From an uncultured Acidobacteriota bacterium (GTDB lineage Bacteria > Acidobacteriota > Thermoanaerobaculia > Multivoradales > UBA5704), in the NCBI GenBank assembly GCA_963700145.1, contig OY969474.1, forward strand, positions 1,888,001 through 1,952,000: 64,000 nt of DNA, in the 5' to 3' direction. Both the position numbers and the translations under genes were made by a program. Within the stretch, counting starts at the first letter, position 1; each line of letters starts with the position of its first letter. Positions 26,757-35,972 of this stretch are shown here, piece by piece. The notes below the pieces were generated by a model, which was not told the origin of the DNA, made no database searches, and was given only the letters and a program-made list of their open reading frames with translations.

Positions 26757-29700
26757 CTACAGGCCCGCGAGAGCGCGCCTGATCAGCTCCTCCACCTGAT
26801 CGACGACGGCGGTGATGCCGTTGGTGACCTTCGACGCGAAGGGGATGTGGATGTGGCCGGTCAGCGTCAGGCTGTGGCGCGTCTCGCGCTCTCGCGCGAC
26901 GCGGTAGAAGACCTCGTTGGAGAGAAAGTCTCCGCCGGATCCTTTCACTGCCTCGGCCGTTGGCGTCGCGGCAGGATTCTTCTTGTTGTCGTTGACGTCT
27001 CCCTCGCGCGGGTGAAACTGGGAGGCAGTGGTCAAGGTTCGATAGGACTGGTCGAAAAACACCTTTTGAGAGTGGTCGGGCGGGGAGAGGAAAGGGCCGA
27101 GAACCATCTTTTCGACCGGCAGCGTCGACTCGTAGAAAGGAGCCCACGTCAAGTCGGAGTCGCCGATTTGTTGCGGGATGAGCCGGCGCTCGTTGGCGTT
27201 ATCCCGAGTCGACCATCCCCGCTGTCGTCCCGCCAGGCGTTCCACGTCGTACCCTTCGACAGGGATCTGAGAGTCCAGGCTGACGGTCACGATCATCGCC
27301 GCACACGTCGGGTCGGGCGTCTGTCCCATCAGCCATTTGCCAGCGAGCTTCTCCACCGCGCCGGCGTCGAAGTCGGCGTAGCGCACCGGGAACACGGCCG
27401 ACTCGACATACGCTGTCTTTCCCGATCCGGCGATCGTTGTCCCGTGGAGCGCCAGGGCGACGGCTCCTGAGGGATTTAGCCGGTACTCGAGACCCTCCGG
27501 AACGTAGGGATCGAAGCCGGTCACCAGGACCCGCAGCGAGTCTGCAGGGGCATTGGCAAAGTCGAGGTCGTAGCCGCGCGACCGCTCTTCGAGCGAGACC
27601 AGCAGCGGCGTGGGGTCTTGGGCGGGTTCTTCGGAGAGCGAGCGGCAGAACTCGTGGCTCTTCAGGGCCACCGCCATCCGCAGGCGGGCGTAGTAGAGCG
27701 ATCGCGCCGCTTCGTCCGCGGCGGCGCGGTCATCGTTCGCCAGCCACCGCGCGCGCTTCAAGATCTTGCTCGCCGCCGTGTCGACCAGCGCCTGCAGCGA
27801 CGACTTGGCGTTGGCGTCGGAGGCGGCGACGAGGTTGATGGCGCCGACGAAGCCGTCGACGAGCGCGCGCAGGCTGGGGATGCCGTTGGGGTTGGCCGGC
27901 CGGTAGTCGCGGTCGATGAAGAAGTCCTCGACCGTCCGCGCGATGGTGAAAACGCTCCCCCACGGTGCGTCGGTCAGTAGCACCGGCGAGCCGCTCAGCA
28001 CGATGACCGTATCGGTCCCGTTGAACGTCACCGAGGCCGCCGTATATGGCCCGTCATTGTTTTCCGATCCCGAGATCTCCAGGCTGTTGCCGGCCACGAG
28101 CTCGGAGCGCCAATCGTCGGCGGCGATGGTGATCGAGGAGGTCGCCACGTCGACCGCGTCGATGCGCCGCTGCCGGACCGGCCAGGGATCCGCACCCCGC
28201 GCTTCCTCCCAGTTGCGCCCGTATGGCCCGGGCGGCGGCTCGGCGGCGGCGAAACCGGGCGAGGCGAAGACGCGGCCGTCGACCGAATAGACGTGGATGT
28301 CGGCGGAGGGGAACTCCGACGCAGGCGTGCCGTCGGTGGCCAGACCGCGCACGCCGAGGCGGTAACGGTCGGCGCTGGCACCGCCATTGGTCACGGTGGT
28401 CTTGCCGTCGAGGATCAGGGTGCGGTCGTAGTCCGTCGTCATCGTCGTCGCGCCGAGGCCGCGCAGCGTGGTCAGCTCCGCATCGGTCACGCCGACGAGC
28501 ATCGCGCCGGTCGGCGGGTAACCCTCCTCCGCACTCTGCCGGAGGCTCAGCGTGCGCACCGGCGCATTCGCATCGACCACCACTCCTTGGTCCAGTCCGT
28601 AGAGGCCGAAGAGGCCGCGCTCCTGGAAGAAGCTCGCTGCCGAGCTCACGCCGTCGGGCACACCGCGCACGGGGACGAATTCGGGATCCTCGAAGTCGGG
28701 AGCGGTCGCCATCGCGTACAGCAGCGATCGTGGTGTGGGACCGCTCTGCTGGGCGATGCCGGTGCGCATCATCTGCCGCCAACCCTGAGTGCCCTCGGCA
28801 TCGACGTAGTGGCTCGGCTGCACCGTCGCCCACTTGATGACCGGGTCGCTGACCGCGACCGGCGTCGCCCAGCCATCGGTACGGTCGATCGGGCCGAAGA
28901 TGTTGTCGGTGTAGGTCGCGGTGGGAACGACGCCGGGTTTGGGCGGCGGCGGCGTGGCTGGCGGAAGCACTTCGCGACGGCCGTAGTAGAGCCTCAGCGG
29001 CCAGGCAACGTTGACCTTCGTGGTGGAGAGATTCGGGAAGCGAAGGCCGACCGGCGCCGTCCACGGAGCGGTTCCCAGCTCGTCGCCGCGCAGGAACGGC
29101 CCGCCCGCGGCCGCGGCGAGCAATGGACCGTGCTCGACAAAGAGAACCGGATCGACGTTGTCGTCGCGCCGCAGGCTGACGTGAAGCTCGTTGTGGTCGG
29201 CGTTGGGATCGGCGGCGGCAACGGAGTCGAGGAGCACGATGGGCCAGCCGTCGGTGGCGTAGGCCTGTGCGGTCACTGATGCCGCTGAGGTGCCGGTCTG
29301 GATCTGATGGCCCGATCCGTCGTCGTAGTTGCGGTGGAAGTTGAGCGACCGTCCGTGCTCGCTGCGGACGTCGAGATAGAGACGATGCTGCGTTGCAAAG
29401 TGCGAGACGACGGTGTTGAAGATCTCCTCGCCGTCGAGTGAAGGCCCGCCCGGGACCTCCACCCGGCCACCCTCGTGCAGGTGGAGGCCGTAGAAGGCAG
29501 CGGGATCTAGGAACGCCAGGATCTCGTCCTTCTTCAGCCGCCGCGCCAGATCGTCCGTTTGCATGGCGCCGATGTCGATCACATTGGCGGCACGCCGCGC
29601 ATACCCGAGGTCGGGGAAGTAAGCATTGTCTTCGAGCACGATCTCGAAGCCGAAATCGAAGGCGCCACCGGCGGCGTGGAAGAGGCCGAGCGGAGTGCCC

Positions 29701-32700
29701 TTCGTGACATAGGGAAGCTGCTTCTCGGTGTCGAGCCGGAAGAAGAGGTTCTGCAGCGTGTCGCCGTCGGCCGCGGCTGGGTCGTAGCCGAGAAAGGTCG
29801 ACGAGATCGTCGTCGCCGACGGATTGAGGTCCTTGAAAGCGGTCCACAGGGCGGCGATGAACGCCGAAGCCCCCGCCTCGTCGCGAACGCGCTTTTCGTC
29901 ATTCGTGGAAGAGCCGCCGAGGAATTCGTCAAGCCGCAGCCCGCGATAGATGAAATACCGCACCGGAGGAAAGCCGGCGACCGGCTGGGTGAGAGGCCGC
30001 AGGATGAGGTTCACCGCGACGTTGCTGCCGGCCTGCCGCTGCACCGCCACCACGCCGTCGGTGACGGCGTAGGCCTGCGTATCGTTCGGCGCGTGGAAGA
30101 GAGCCGTGGTTCGGTATTTGGTGGCCGGAGTCCCGTCGACGGGTCCGAAGCCCTGACTCACTGACTGCGTGAGCGAGGCAACGTCGGCAAAGACGAACGA
30201 CGCCGGCTTCGGCTGCGCCGCGGCGGCCGCCTGTCGCGCGCCGCCCGGCTGCGGGGCGACGCTGTAGATGGCGACGGTGTGAGCTTCCGAGGCGACTGGG
30301 AACTCGCGAAATGCGCTGAGGATCTCCGGCTCGAAGATGAGATCGGTGAAGGTCCGGTCGACGGTGAAGTCGAGGTCGAAATGGATGTCGAACTGCTCGC
30401 CGGTGGCCGGGACCTCGGTGCCATCAGGCCGCCGCGCTTCCACCGGCGGCTTGACCGTCGCCCACGGCGTGGCGATGTCCCAACCCCACCCGTTCGCATA
30501 GCGGAAATAGCGGATCTCGTCCGCGCCGGCCCGCTTCTTCGCCGTCACCTTCACCCGCACACGTTCCGTCTCGAAGGTGCCGGCCGTCATTCGCACTTCG
30601 ACGCGGATCGACTTCGTCTTCGCCGTGCCGACTTCGTCGACGTCGAGGTGCCCTTCGGCGGGATCCGCGCCGCCGTTCCTGGTGAAACGGAACTTCGCGA
30701 ACACCAGCTCGCGGAAGGAGATGTTGTTGTTGGTATCCGCAGTCGTGCCCTGGAGAGCTCCGTCGTGGGGCACGACCTCGCCGAGGGCGAAGAGGCGCAT
30801 GGAGCGCGCCGGCTTCGGGAGGTTGGGGCTGTTCGTCGGCGGACGCAGCGCCTCGGGCCACGTGGCGGTGAAGATCTTCGTGCTGTTGTCGGGGTCCGTG
30901 GCGGGTGCCAGCGACGGCACTTCCTCCTCCTTCAGCCGGCGCGTTCCCGCTTCACCGGTGGCGGGATCGAACGCTCCGGGGTTCACCTCGTCGACATCCC
31001 AGTAGTGGTCGAGGTTCAGAAAGCCGGCGGGCATGGGGCGGGCGGCGATTTCCCAGCGGTCGCCCTCCGTGTGCCCGCCGGCCGAGGCGAACACCACGGA
31101 CACGCCGAAGTCGAGCAACTGCGGCGCCCCCGCGGTGATCGCCACGGACGGCGCTTTCGGCGTGCCGTTGAGGAACCATCGGAAGTGGGCGCCGGAGGCC
31201 AGGATCTCGACCGTGTAGCGCGCTCGATCGGCGCCGTTGTAGGTGCCGCGGACCTGGAGATCGTTCACGCCATGGCCGTAGAAGCGGCAGACCGGCGAGC
31301 CGTCGCTCGCGCACAGCAGCACCCGCGCTTGGGTGACCGGCAACGCGCCGGCAAGCGCGGAACGCGCAAACGTTTCCTTCGCGCCGCGGTTGTGGACGCG
31401 CAGGTGGAAATGGCGTTCCGTCAGTGCCCTCGCCTTGACGAGCCAGCGGTCGCCCACCGTGTGTCCGGCGCTGACCGCGAACCGGATGCTCACGCCGTCG
31501 CTGAGCGGTTGCGCCGCGCCCGTGATGGCAACGCCCGTCGCGCCGGCAACGCCGTCGCGGCTCCACTTGAAGGTGTCCGGCGCCTTGGTCTCGATCTCGA
31601 TCGTGAAGGTGATTTCCGCCGCGCTGGTGCAGACACCGGAGACTTCCAGATCGTTCTTGCCGGCACCGACGAAGATCGCCGGATCGACGGTGACCCGGGG
31701 ATGCTGATGGTTGCCGGGATCATCGTAGGTGAGGAGCACGGTGGGAGCGTCGTTGCGGATCCAGATGTCGGGACTCTCGACGTCCTTCGTGCCGCGATTG
31801 GACGATCCGTCGTCCTCGAGAAAATTACGGATCATCAGGTCGCGGTCGTGCTGGTAGCTCTTCGCCGCTTTCACCGCCTCGAGCGCGTCGATCCGCCCGT
31901 AGCCGTAGCCGTAGCTGTACGTGGCGACGAGCCCCACACTCACCGGCTCCCCCATCTCGTGAAGATGGAGAAGAGGATCGATCTCGACTTTCGTCCCGGC
32001 CGTCCCGATGACAGCCCTCGCCTCCGTGTTCTCCTTCTGGACGATCGTTCCGGCAGGATGCTGCGCCTTCAACTTCGTGCCGGCGACGAAGGTCAGCGTG
32101 TTCCCCGCGGCGCTGCCGATCTCATACGGGCCTTCGTGCTGCGCAGGTGAAGCGTGCCGCACGAGAGCGCCGAATGCCTGAGGCGCCGCCAGCCCGGCAC
32201 TGAGCTTCAACTTCACGTCCGCGCCCACGACCCTCTTCGGAGGTATCCCGGACAGCGTTTCGTGTGCGGTAACGGCGGTGATCGTGACCTGCTGACCGCC
32301 GATGGTGATTTCATCGCCCACTCGAAAGCCGTCGACGTTCGCCACGACGACGCTGGTGGCGCCTGCCGGCGCCTTCTCCACCACCACCGTCTCGCGGCGG
32401 CGTCCGACCAGGATCTTGTCGCCGGCGGAGAACCCGGCGGTCGACTCGACGTCCAGCGACAGGGCGTCCAGGTTGCCGACGGTGCGAAGAACGGTTTCCG
32501 CGCCGATCAGCAGCGCCTGACGGGGTTGCAGTTGCGCCGCGACCGCGGCGCTGGCCAGGTGGATGAAGCGCGTCTTCGGCTGAGCTTTCACGCTCAGCTT
32601 GGTCGAGGAGATGCCGCCCAGGATGAGGAGCCCGTTGGTGTCGGCGATCCTCGTCACCGCCTGCGTGTCGCTGTGGACCCAGAGATTGCGCGCGTCGATG

Positions 32701-34667
32701 CCGGTGATCTTGAGATCGATCGGCACGGCCGTCCTGCGCAGGATGTCCCGCACTTCCAACCAGGTCAGGGACGGCTTGGCGGAGATCATCAGTGCCGCCA
32801 CCGCCGCCGCCTGCGGCGTGGCGGCGGAAGTGCCACCGTAGGTCGCGTCATAGCCCGCCTTGCCGGTGATCAGCTCGGCGCTTGCGTGCGCGGAGGTGAG
32901 AGGCTCGTCGAGCATCACCTTGAACGTGCCGGCCGGGTCCTCGCTCTTCGAGACCGCTCGACGCACTTCGGAATTGTCCTCGTCGTCCTTGTCGAGGATC
33001 AGCGCAGGCCTGGGAAGTCCGATGAGCGCGGCGTAGTCGGCGCCGGAGATCTTCAGCTCCTTCTCTCCACCCAAGAGCGGATCGAGGACGACCGCCCGGG
33101 TGTCAGCCGTGCCGGGGAGATCGCCGGAACCGGCGTCGGCGAGTGTTGCTATGCCGCGCAATGCCGGCGGCGAATGCCGGTAGGGGCCGAGGGTAAAGTG
33201 GCTCCGGCTGGGCGCGGCGAAGTCGATGTCCGGCGCGTCCGGAGTCGTCCACGAGCTGTCGGGCATCCGGACCTCGGCGCCGCGATGATCGAGCGACGAC
33301 GCCGCCACCTTCATGACGTTGACGTCCTCACCCCATTCGGATCCGTCCCGCGATTTGCTGTCGTAGTTGTTGGCGGAGACGAAGAACAACGTCCCTCGCC
33401 GGCCCCGCCCGAACATCGAAATATGGCCGAGCGCCTTCTTCAGGGACGGGGACATGGCCGGCAGTGTGTGGCTGCAATTGACGATCGCGGCCCGCAGAAC
33501 TAGCGACGCACCGCCGCCAAGCAAATATGGGAATATTTGCGTGGCTTCATATCCGCCGACACCCTTCTTCCAACCGGGAACGAAGCCGGCGGCGTAAAGA
33601 AAGGCGTGCGCCCACCGCAGATCGGCTGTCTTCGTCCACCGATATGCCGCCACGCGCGTGTTGGCGGCGATGCCGATCGTCCCGTCGGCCTCCCCGGCCG
33701 CCGAAATGAGGCCCGCCACGTTGATCCCATGCGGGTCGTCCACGGCATCGTTGTCGGCCACCATCGGCGCCGACCTCAGGTCGTAGGTGAACACCACCTT
33801 CTGCACCGGGACACCTGCCGGGGTGGTGACGGTGCCTTTGAGCTGCAGATGGTCGACGACACCGCCGCTCGTCTTGATTCCTTCGTCGTGGATCGCCACG
33901 ATCACGAAGGGGTTGCCGTAACTGGCCGACGTCCCATTCGCGTCGAGCTCTGCCCACGCCTCCGCCACCCGCATGAGCGAGTAGTTCCATTGCAGCGGAT
34001 AGAGAAAGTCCTGCGGCTCGACGGCGGTGGTCGTCGGGTCGGCGTGCAGGACGGAGTCGACTCTGCGGATGCCGGGCACCCTCCTGAGCTGTTCCAGCAG
34101 CAGCTCGGGACGATCGGAGGGCTCCTCGACGAGACGGACCAGATAGAGATTCGGCTGCACCGAGTCGCGCAGCTCGACTTTGATGGGGAAATCGGCCAGC
34201 AGCGCTTGCAGGGCCGCGATCGAGATCGGCTCTGCGGTCTCGACGTGCAGGTTGCGCGTCAGGTACAACGGCCGCCCGCCCGCCCACCCGACGAGCGGAC
34301 CGAGGTCCGGACTCTTCTCGGTCTCGCGGGGCGCGAAGGCGCCGGCGCGCGGCGTCAGCTGCCGGAAGTAGACCTTCCGTCCTTCCCGGTAGTAGTAGGA
34401 GTCCCCTTCCCGCCCGAGCATGACGCGCTCCGTCCTCGGGAAGACACGGGCATCGGCTTCGATCGTTTCGGTGAGCAGGCCGGGGGCCTCGACCGTCACC
34501 TGGTAGATCGCAGGCTCGACGTCGAGCTGGTAGCCGAGTAGGCGCTCGTTCCACGTCACCGGCGCCGGGGCGGGGACGCCTTGCCGCTGCAGCGAGACCG
34601 TGGCGTCGCGCACGGGCGCGTTGGCCGCGTCGACGACTTGAACGACGAGCGCACCCTTCTCCGGCAT
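26757..34667 (-). CDS. Giant multidomain protease (2636 aa): S8 subtilase plus C-terminal pyroglutamyl-peptidase-I (C15)-like domain
   Basis: S8 triad motifs VAIHDEG / PHGINVAG / GGTSAATP and YGYGRIDA; C15-like VLVTGFDPY, NPSG, FPVRY, GGDFLSNEVFY, GHIHIP. Confidence 0.9.
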   Translation of the reverse strand: MPEKGALVVQVVDAANAPVRDATVSLQRQGVPAPAPVTWNERLLGYQLDVEPAIYQVTVEAPGLLTETIEADARVFPRTERVMLGREGDSYYYREGRKVYFRQLTPRAGAFAPRETEKSPDLGPLVGWAGGRPLYLTRNLHVETAEPISIAALQALLADFPIKVELRDSVQPNLYLVRLVEEPSDRPELLLEQLRRVPGIRRVDSVLHADPTTTAVEPQDFLYPLQWNYSLMRVAEAWAELDANGTSASYGNPFVIVAIHDEGIKTSGGVVDHLQLKGTVTTPAGVPVQKVVFTYDLRSAPMVADNDAVDDPHGINVAGLISAAGEADGTIGIAANTRVAAYRWTKTADLRWAHAFLYAAGFVPGWKKGVGGYEATQIFPYLLGGGASLVLRAAIVNCSHTLPAMSPSLKKALGHISMFGRGRRGTLFFVSANNYDSKSRDGSEWGEDVNVMKVAASSLDHRGAEVRMPDSSWTTPDAPDIDFAAPSRSHFTLGPYRHSPPALRGIATLADAGSGDLPGTADTRAVVLDPLLGGEKELKISGADYAALIGLPRPALILDKDDEDNSEVRRAVSKSEDPAGTFKVMLDEPLTSAHASAELITGKAGYDATYGGTSAATPQAAAVAALMISAKPSLTWLEVRDILRRTAVPIDLKITGIDARNLWVHSDTQAVTRIADTNGLLILGGISSTKLSVKAQPKTRFIHLASAAVAAQLQPRQALLIGAETVLRTVGNLDALSLDVESTAGFSAGDKILVGRRRETVVVEKAPAGATSVVVANVDGFRVGDEITIGGQQVTITAVTAHETLSGIPPKRVVGADVKLKLSAGLAAPQAFGALVRHASPAQHEGPYEIGSAAGNTLTFVAGTKLKAQHPAGTIVQKENTEARAVIGTAGTKVEIDPLLHLHEMGEPVSVGLVATYSYGYGYGRIDALEAVKAAKSYQHDRDLMIRNFLEDDGSSNRGTKDVESPDIWIRNDAPTVLLTYDDPGNHQHPRVTVDPAIFVGAGKNDLEVSGVCTSAAEITFTIEIETKAPDTFKWSRDGVAGATGVAITGAAQPLSDGVSIRFAVSAGHTVGDRWLVKARALTERHFHLRVHNRGAKETFARSALAGALPVTQARVLLCASDGSPVCRFYGHGVNDLQVRGTYNGADRARYTVEILASGAHFRWFLNGTPKAPSVAITAGAPQLLDFGVSVVFASAGGHTEGDRWEIAARPMPAGFLNLDHYWDVDEVNPGAFDPATGEAGTRRLKEEEVPSLAPATDPDNSTKIFTATWPEALRPPTNSPNLPKPARSMRLFALGEVVPHDGALQGTTADTNNNISFRELVFAKFRFTRNGGADPAEGHLDVDEVGTAKTKSIRVEVRMTAGTFETERVRVKVTAKKRAGADEIRYFRYANGWGWDIATPWATVKPPVEARRPDGTEVPATGEQFDIHFDLDFTVDRTFTDLIFEPEILSAFREFPVASEAHTVAIYSVAPQPGGARQAAAAAQPKPASFVFADVASLTQSVSQGFGPVDGTPATKYRTTALFHAPNDTQAYAVTDGVVAVQRQAGSNVAVNLILRPLTQPVAGFPPVRYFIYRGLRLDEFLGGSSTNDEKRVRDEAGASAFIAALWTAFKDLNPSATTISSTFLGYDPAAADGDTLQNLFFRLDTEKQLPYVTKGTPLGLFHAAGGAFDFGFEIVLEDNAYFPDLGYARRAANVIDIGAMQTDDLARRLKKDEILAFLDPAAFYGLHLHEGGRVEVPGGPSLDGEEIFNTVVSHFATQHRLYLDVRSEHGRSLNFHRNYDDGSGHQIQTGTSAASVTAQAYATDGWPIVLLDSVAAADPNADHNELHVSLRRDDNVDPVLFVEHGPLLAAAAGGPFLRGDELGTAPWTAPVGLRFPNLSTTKVNVAWPLRLYYGRREVLPPATPPPPKPGVVPTATYTDNIFGPIDRTDGWATPVAVSDPVIKWATVQPSHYVDAEGTQGWRQMMRTGIAQQSGPTPRSLLYAMATAPDFEDPEFVPVRGVPDGVSSAASFFQERGLFGLYGLDQGVVVDANAPVRTLSLRQSAEEGYPPTGAMLVGVTDAELTTLRGLGATTMTTDYDRTLILDGKTTVTNGGASADRYRLGVRGLATDGTPASEFPSADIHVYSVDGRVFASPGFAAAEPPPGPYGRNWEEARGADPWPVRQRRIDAVDVATSSITIAADDWRSELVAGNSLEISGSENNDGPYTAASVTFNGTDTVIVLSGSPVLLTDAPWGSVFTIARTVEDFFIDRDYRPANPNGIPSLRALVDGFVGAINLVAASDANAKSSLQALVDTAASKILKRARWLANDDRAAADEAARSLYYARLRMAVALKSHEFCRSLSEEPAQDPTPLLVSLEERSRGYDLDFANAPADSLRVLVTGFDPYVPEGLEYRLNPSGAVALALHGTTIAGSGKTAYVESAVFPVRYADFDAGAVEKLAGKWLMGQTPDPTCAAMIVTVSLDSQIPVEGYDVERLAGRQRGWSTRDNANERRLIPQQIGDSDLTWAPFYESTLPVEKMVLGPFLSPPDHSQKVFFDQSYRTLTTASQFHPREGDVNDNKKNPAATPTAEAVKGSGGDFLSNEVFYRVARERETRHSLTLTGHIHIPFASKVTNGITAVVDQVEELIRRALAGL

Positions 34668-34732
34668 CTATTCCGACCTCGAAGGTAAAACCTAATTTTA
34701 GCGTAGCACAGTGAGCCGCTCGACCGCGGCGG

Positions 34733-34786
34733 CTCGTCGAGCGTCCGCGTCGAGTGGCCGACGGTGAAGAGGGTCAATGGGGCCAC
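34733..34786 (-). pseudogene. 5' fragment of a DUF488-family gene
   Basis: MAPLTLFTVGHSTRTLDE matches the DUF488 N-terminal TIGHS motif; similarity ends after 18 codons. Confidence 0.6.
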
Positions 34787-34811
34787 GGGCGCGGCCTCGG
34801 ACGCGGCCCGA

Positions 34812-35215
34812 TCAATGCAACCAAGGGTCGCGGCGATGGTCGTCGACGACGCGGAACCCGCGCTTGCGCCGTAGCCGCCCCATCCGCTGCCGCAACCACC
34901 ACCCCTGCGTCCGCAACCACCACTCGCGCCCGGCGCGCCGGAAGCCGCCCTGCGTCAGCGTCCCCCACACCACTGCGATGGCCGCGCAGATGCCCAGGAA
35001 GCCCGCCAGGTCGTGCGTCTTGAGGAAGCCGATGAAGGCGATCAGCACCTCGATGGTCAGGAACCACTTCGCACGCACCGGGATGCTCAACATCAACATG
35101 ATCGTCGCGTCGCGATACAACGTCGCAAACGCCGCGATCACGATGACGAACAACATGTGCTGCCCCTGCGCCAACACCAGCGACGCCGGCGAAACCTCCC
35201 AAACTTCCGACGTAC
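34812..35215 (-). pseudogene. 3' fragment of a rhomboid-like membrane protein
   Basis: AFATLYRDATIMLMLSIPVRAKW, hydrophobic helices, RRKRGFRVV...WLH tail; 5' part missing. Confidence 0.55.
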
Positions 35216-35479
35216 GACGACTGCATCTGCCAATTGGACGGATCACTGGCGCGGCGCAGCGAGGACCCCAGGGAATCGCTGGTTCATGCGGCGCTCCACG
35301 ACGGGATGGCTCGTCACCTCGCAGAAGACGTGTTCGCTGACAATCCATTTGCACTGCTCGCGGCGCGCGACTTGATCGATGCAGCGCCAGTGGCCCTTCT
35401 GGGCTACATGCGCGATCTCTCCCAAGACCCCGAGCGTGAAAGACGGTTCCGCGCGGCCATTGCAGCGGACGATGAACGC

Positions 35480-35813
35480 ATCCGGCGCGATCGACCGGCC
35501 GACCTACGAGGCCCAGCTCGACAAGCTCAACGAGCAGCTGGCCTTGGCGCGGCTCCGTGCCGTGGATGCCGAGGTCGAGCAGATCGACGCCGAGGGCATC
35601 CTTGGCTTCGCCGAGCACCTCGCCGCGAACGCCTCTCGCCTCTGGGTGGAGTTCAACCTCCGCCAGAAGCAGCGGTTCCAGACGTTCATCTTCCCCGACG
35701 GCGCGAAATACGCCCATGGCGGGTTTTTGAACCCGCGCACGTCCCTGCTGTTCAACGAGATAGCGGAGGAACCAATGCTACTTGTAGGGAATGGTCGGGG
35801 CGAGAGGATTTGA
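35480..35813 (+). pseudogene. 3' remnant of a large serine recombinase reading into the tRNA
   Basis: Coiled coil IDRPTYEAQLDKLNEQL..., then W....LRQKQRFQTFIFPDG, as in LSR C-termini; ORF ends inside the tRNA antisense; no catalytic domain. Confidence 0.65.
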
Positions 35814-35868
35814 ACCTCCGGCCTCACGGTCCCGAACCGTGCGCTCTACCAAGCTGAGCTACGCCCCG
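35792..35868 (-). tRNA. tRNA-Pro (anticodon CGG)
   Basis: CGGGGCGTAGCTCAGCTTGGTAGAGCGCACGGTTCGGGACCGTGAGGCCGGAGGTTCAAATCCTCTCGCCCCGACCA; full cloverleaf with encoded CCA. Confidence 0.97.
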
Positions 35869-35972
35869 AACGGGAGACTGCGGCTAGGGCTCGCCTGCCG
35901 CGAAGACCGGCGAGGATAGCGCAGAAGACCCTGCGGTACAATCCGGCCGCTTCCCGCGAGAGGAGGGTCCTG

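Larger units (their letters stand above)
11349..35798. mobile_element. Composite (tandem) genomic island integrated at the tRNA-Pro 3' end
   Basis: tRNA at the right end, recombinase remnant, two att-like junctions, RepA, TA modules, visibly more A/T-containing codons than the flanks. Confidence 0.8.

Noticed and set aside
15476-33503. Large + strand ORFs antisense to the giant genes
   Set aside because: Antisense shadows caused by codon bias; no recognisable domains.
14465-34667. Prophage or classical contractile injection system
   Set aside because: No recognisable capsid, terminase, sheath, tube, VgrG or baseplate genes in the window.
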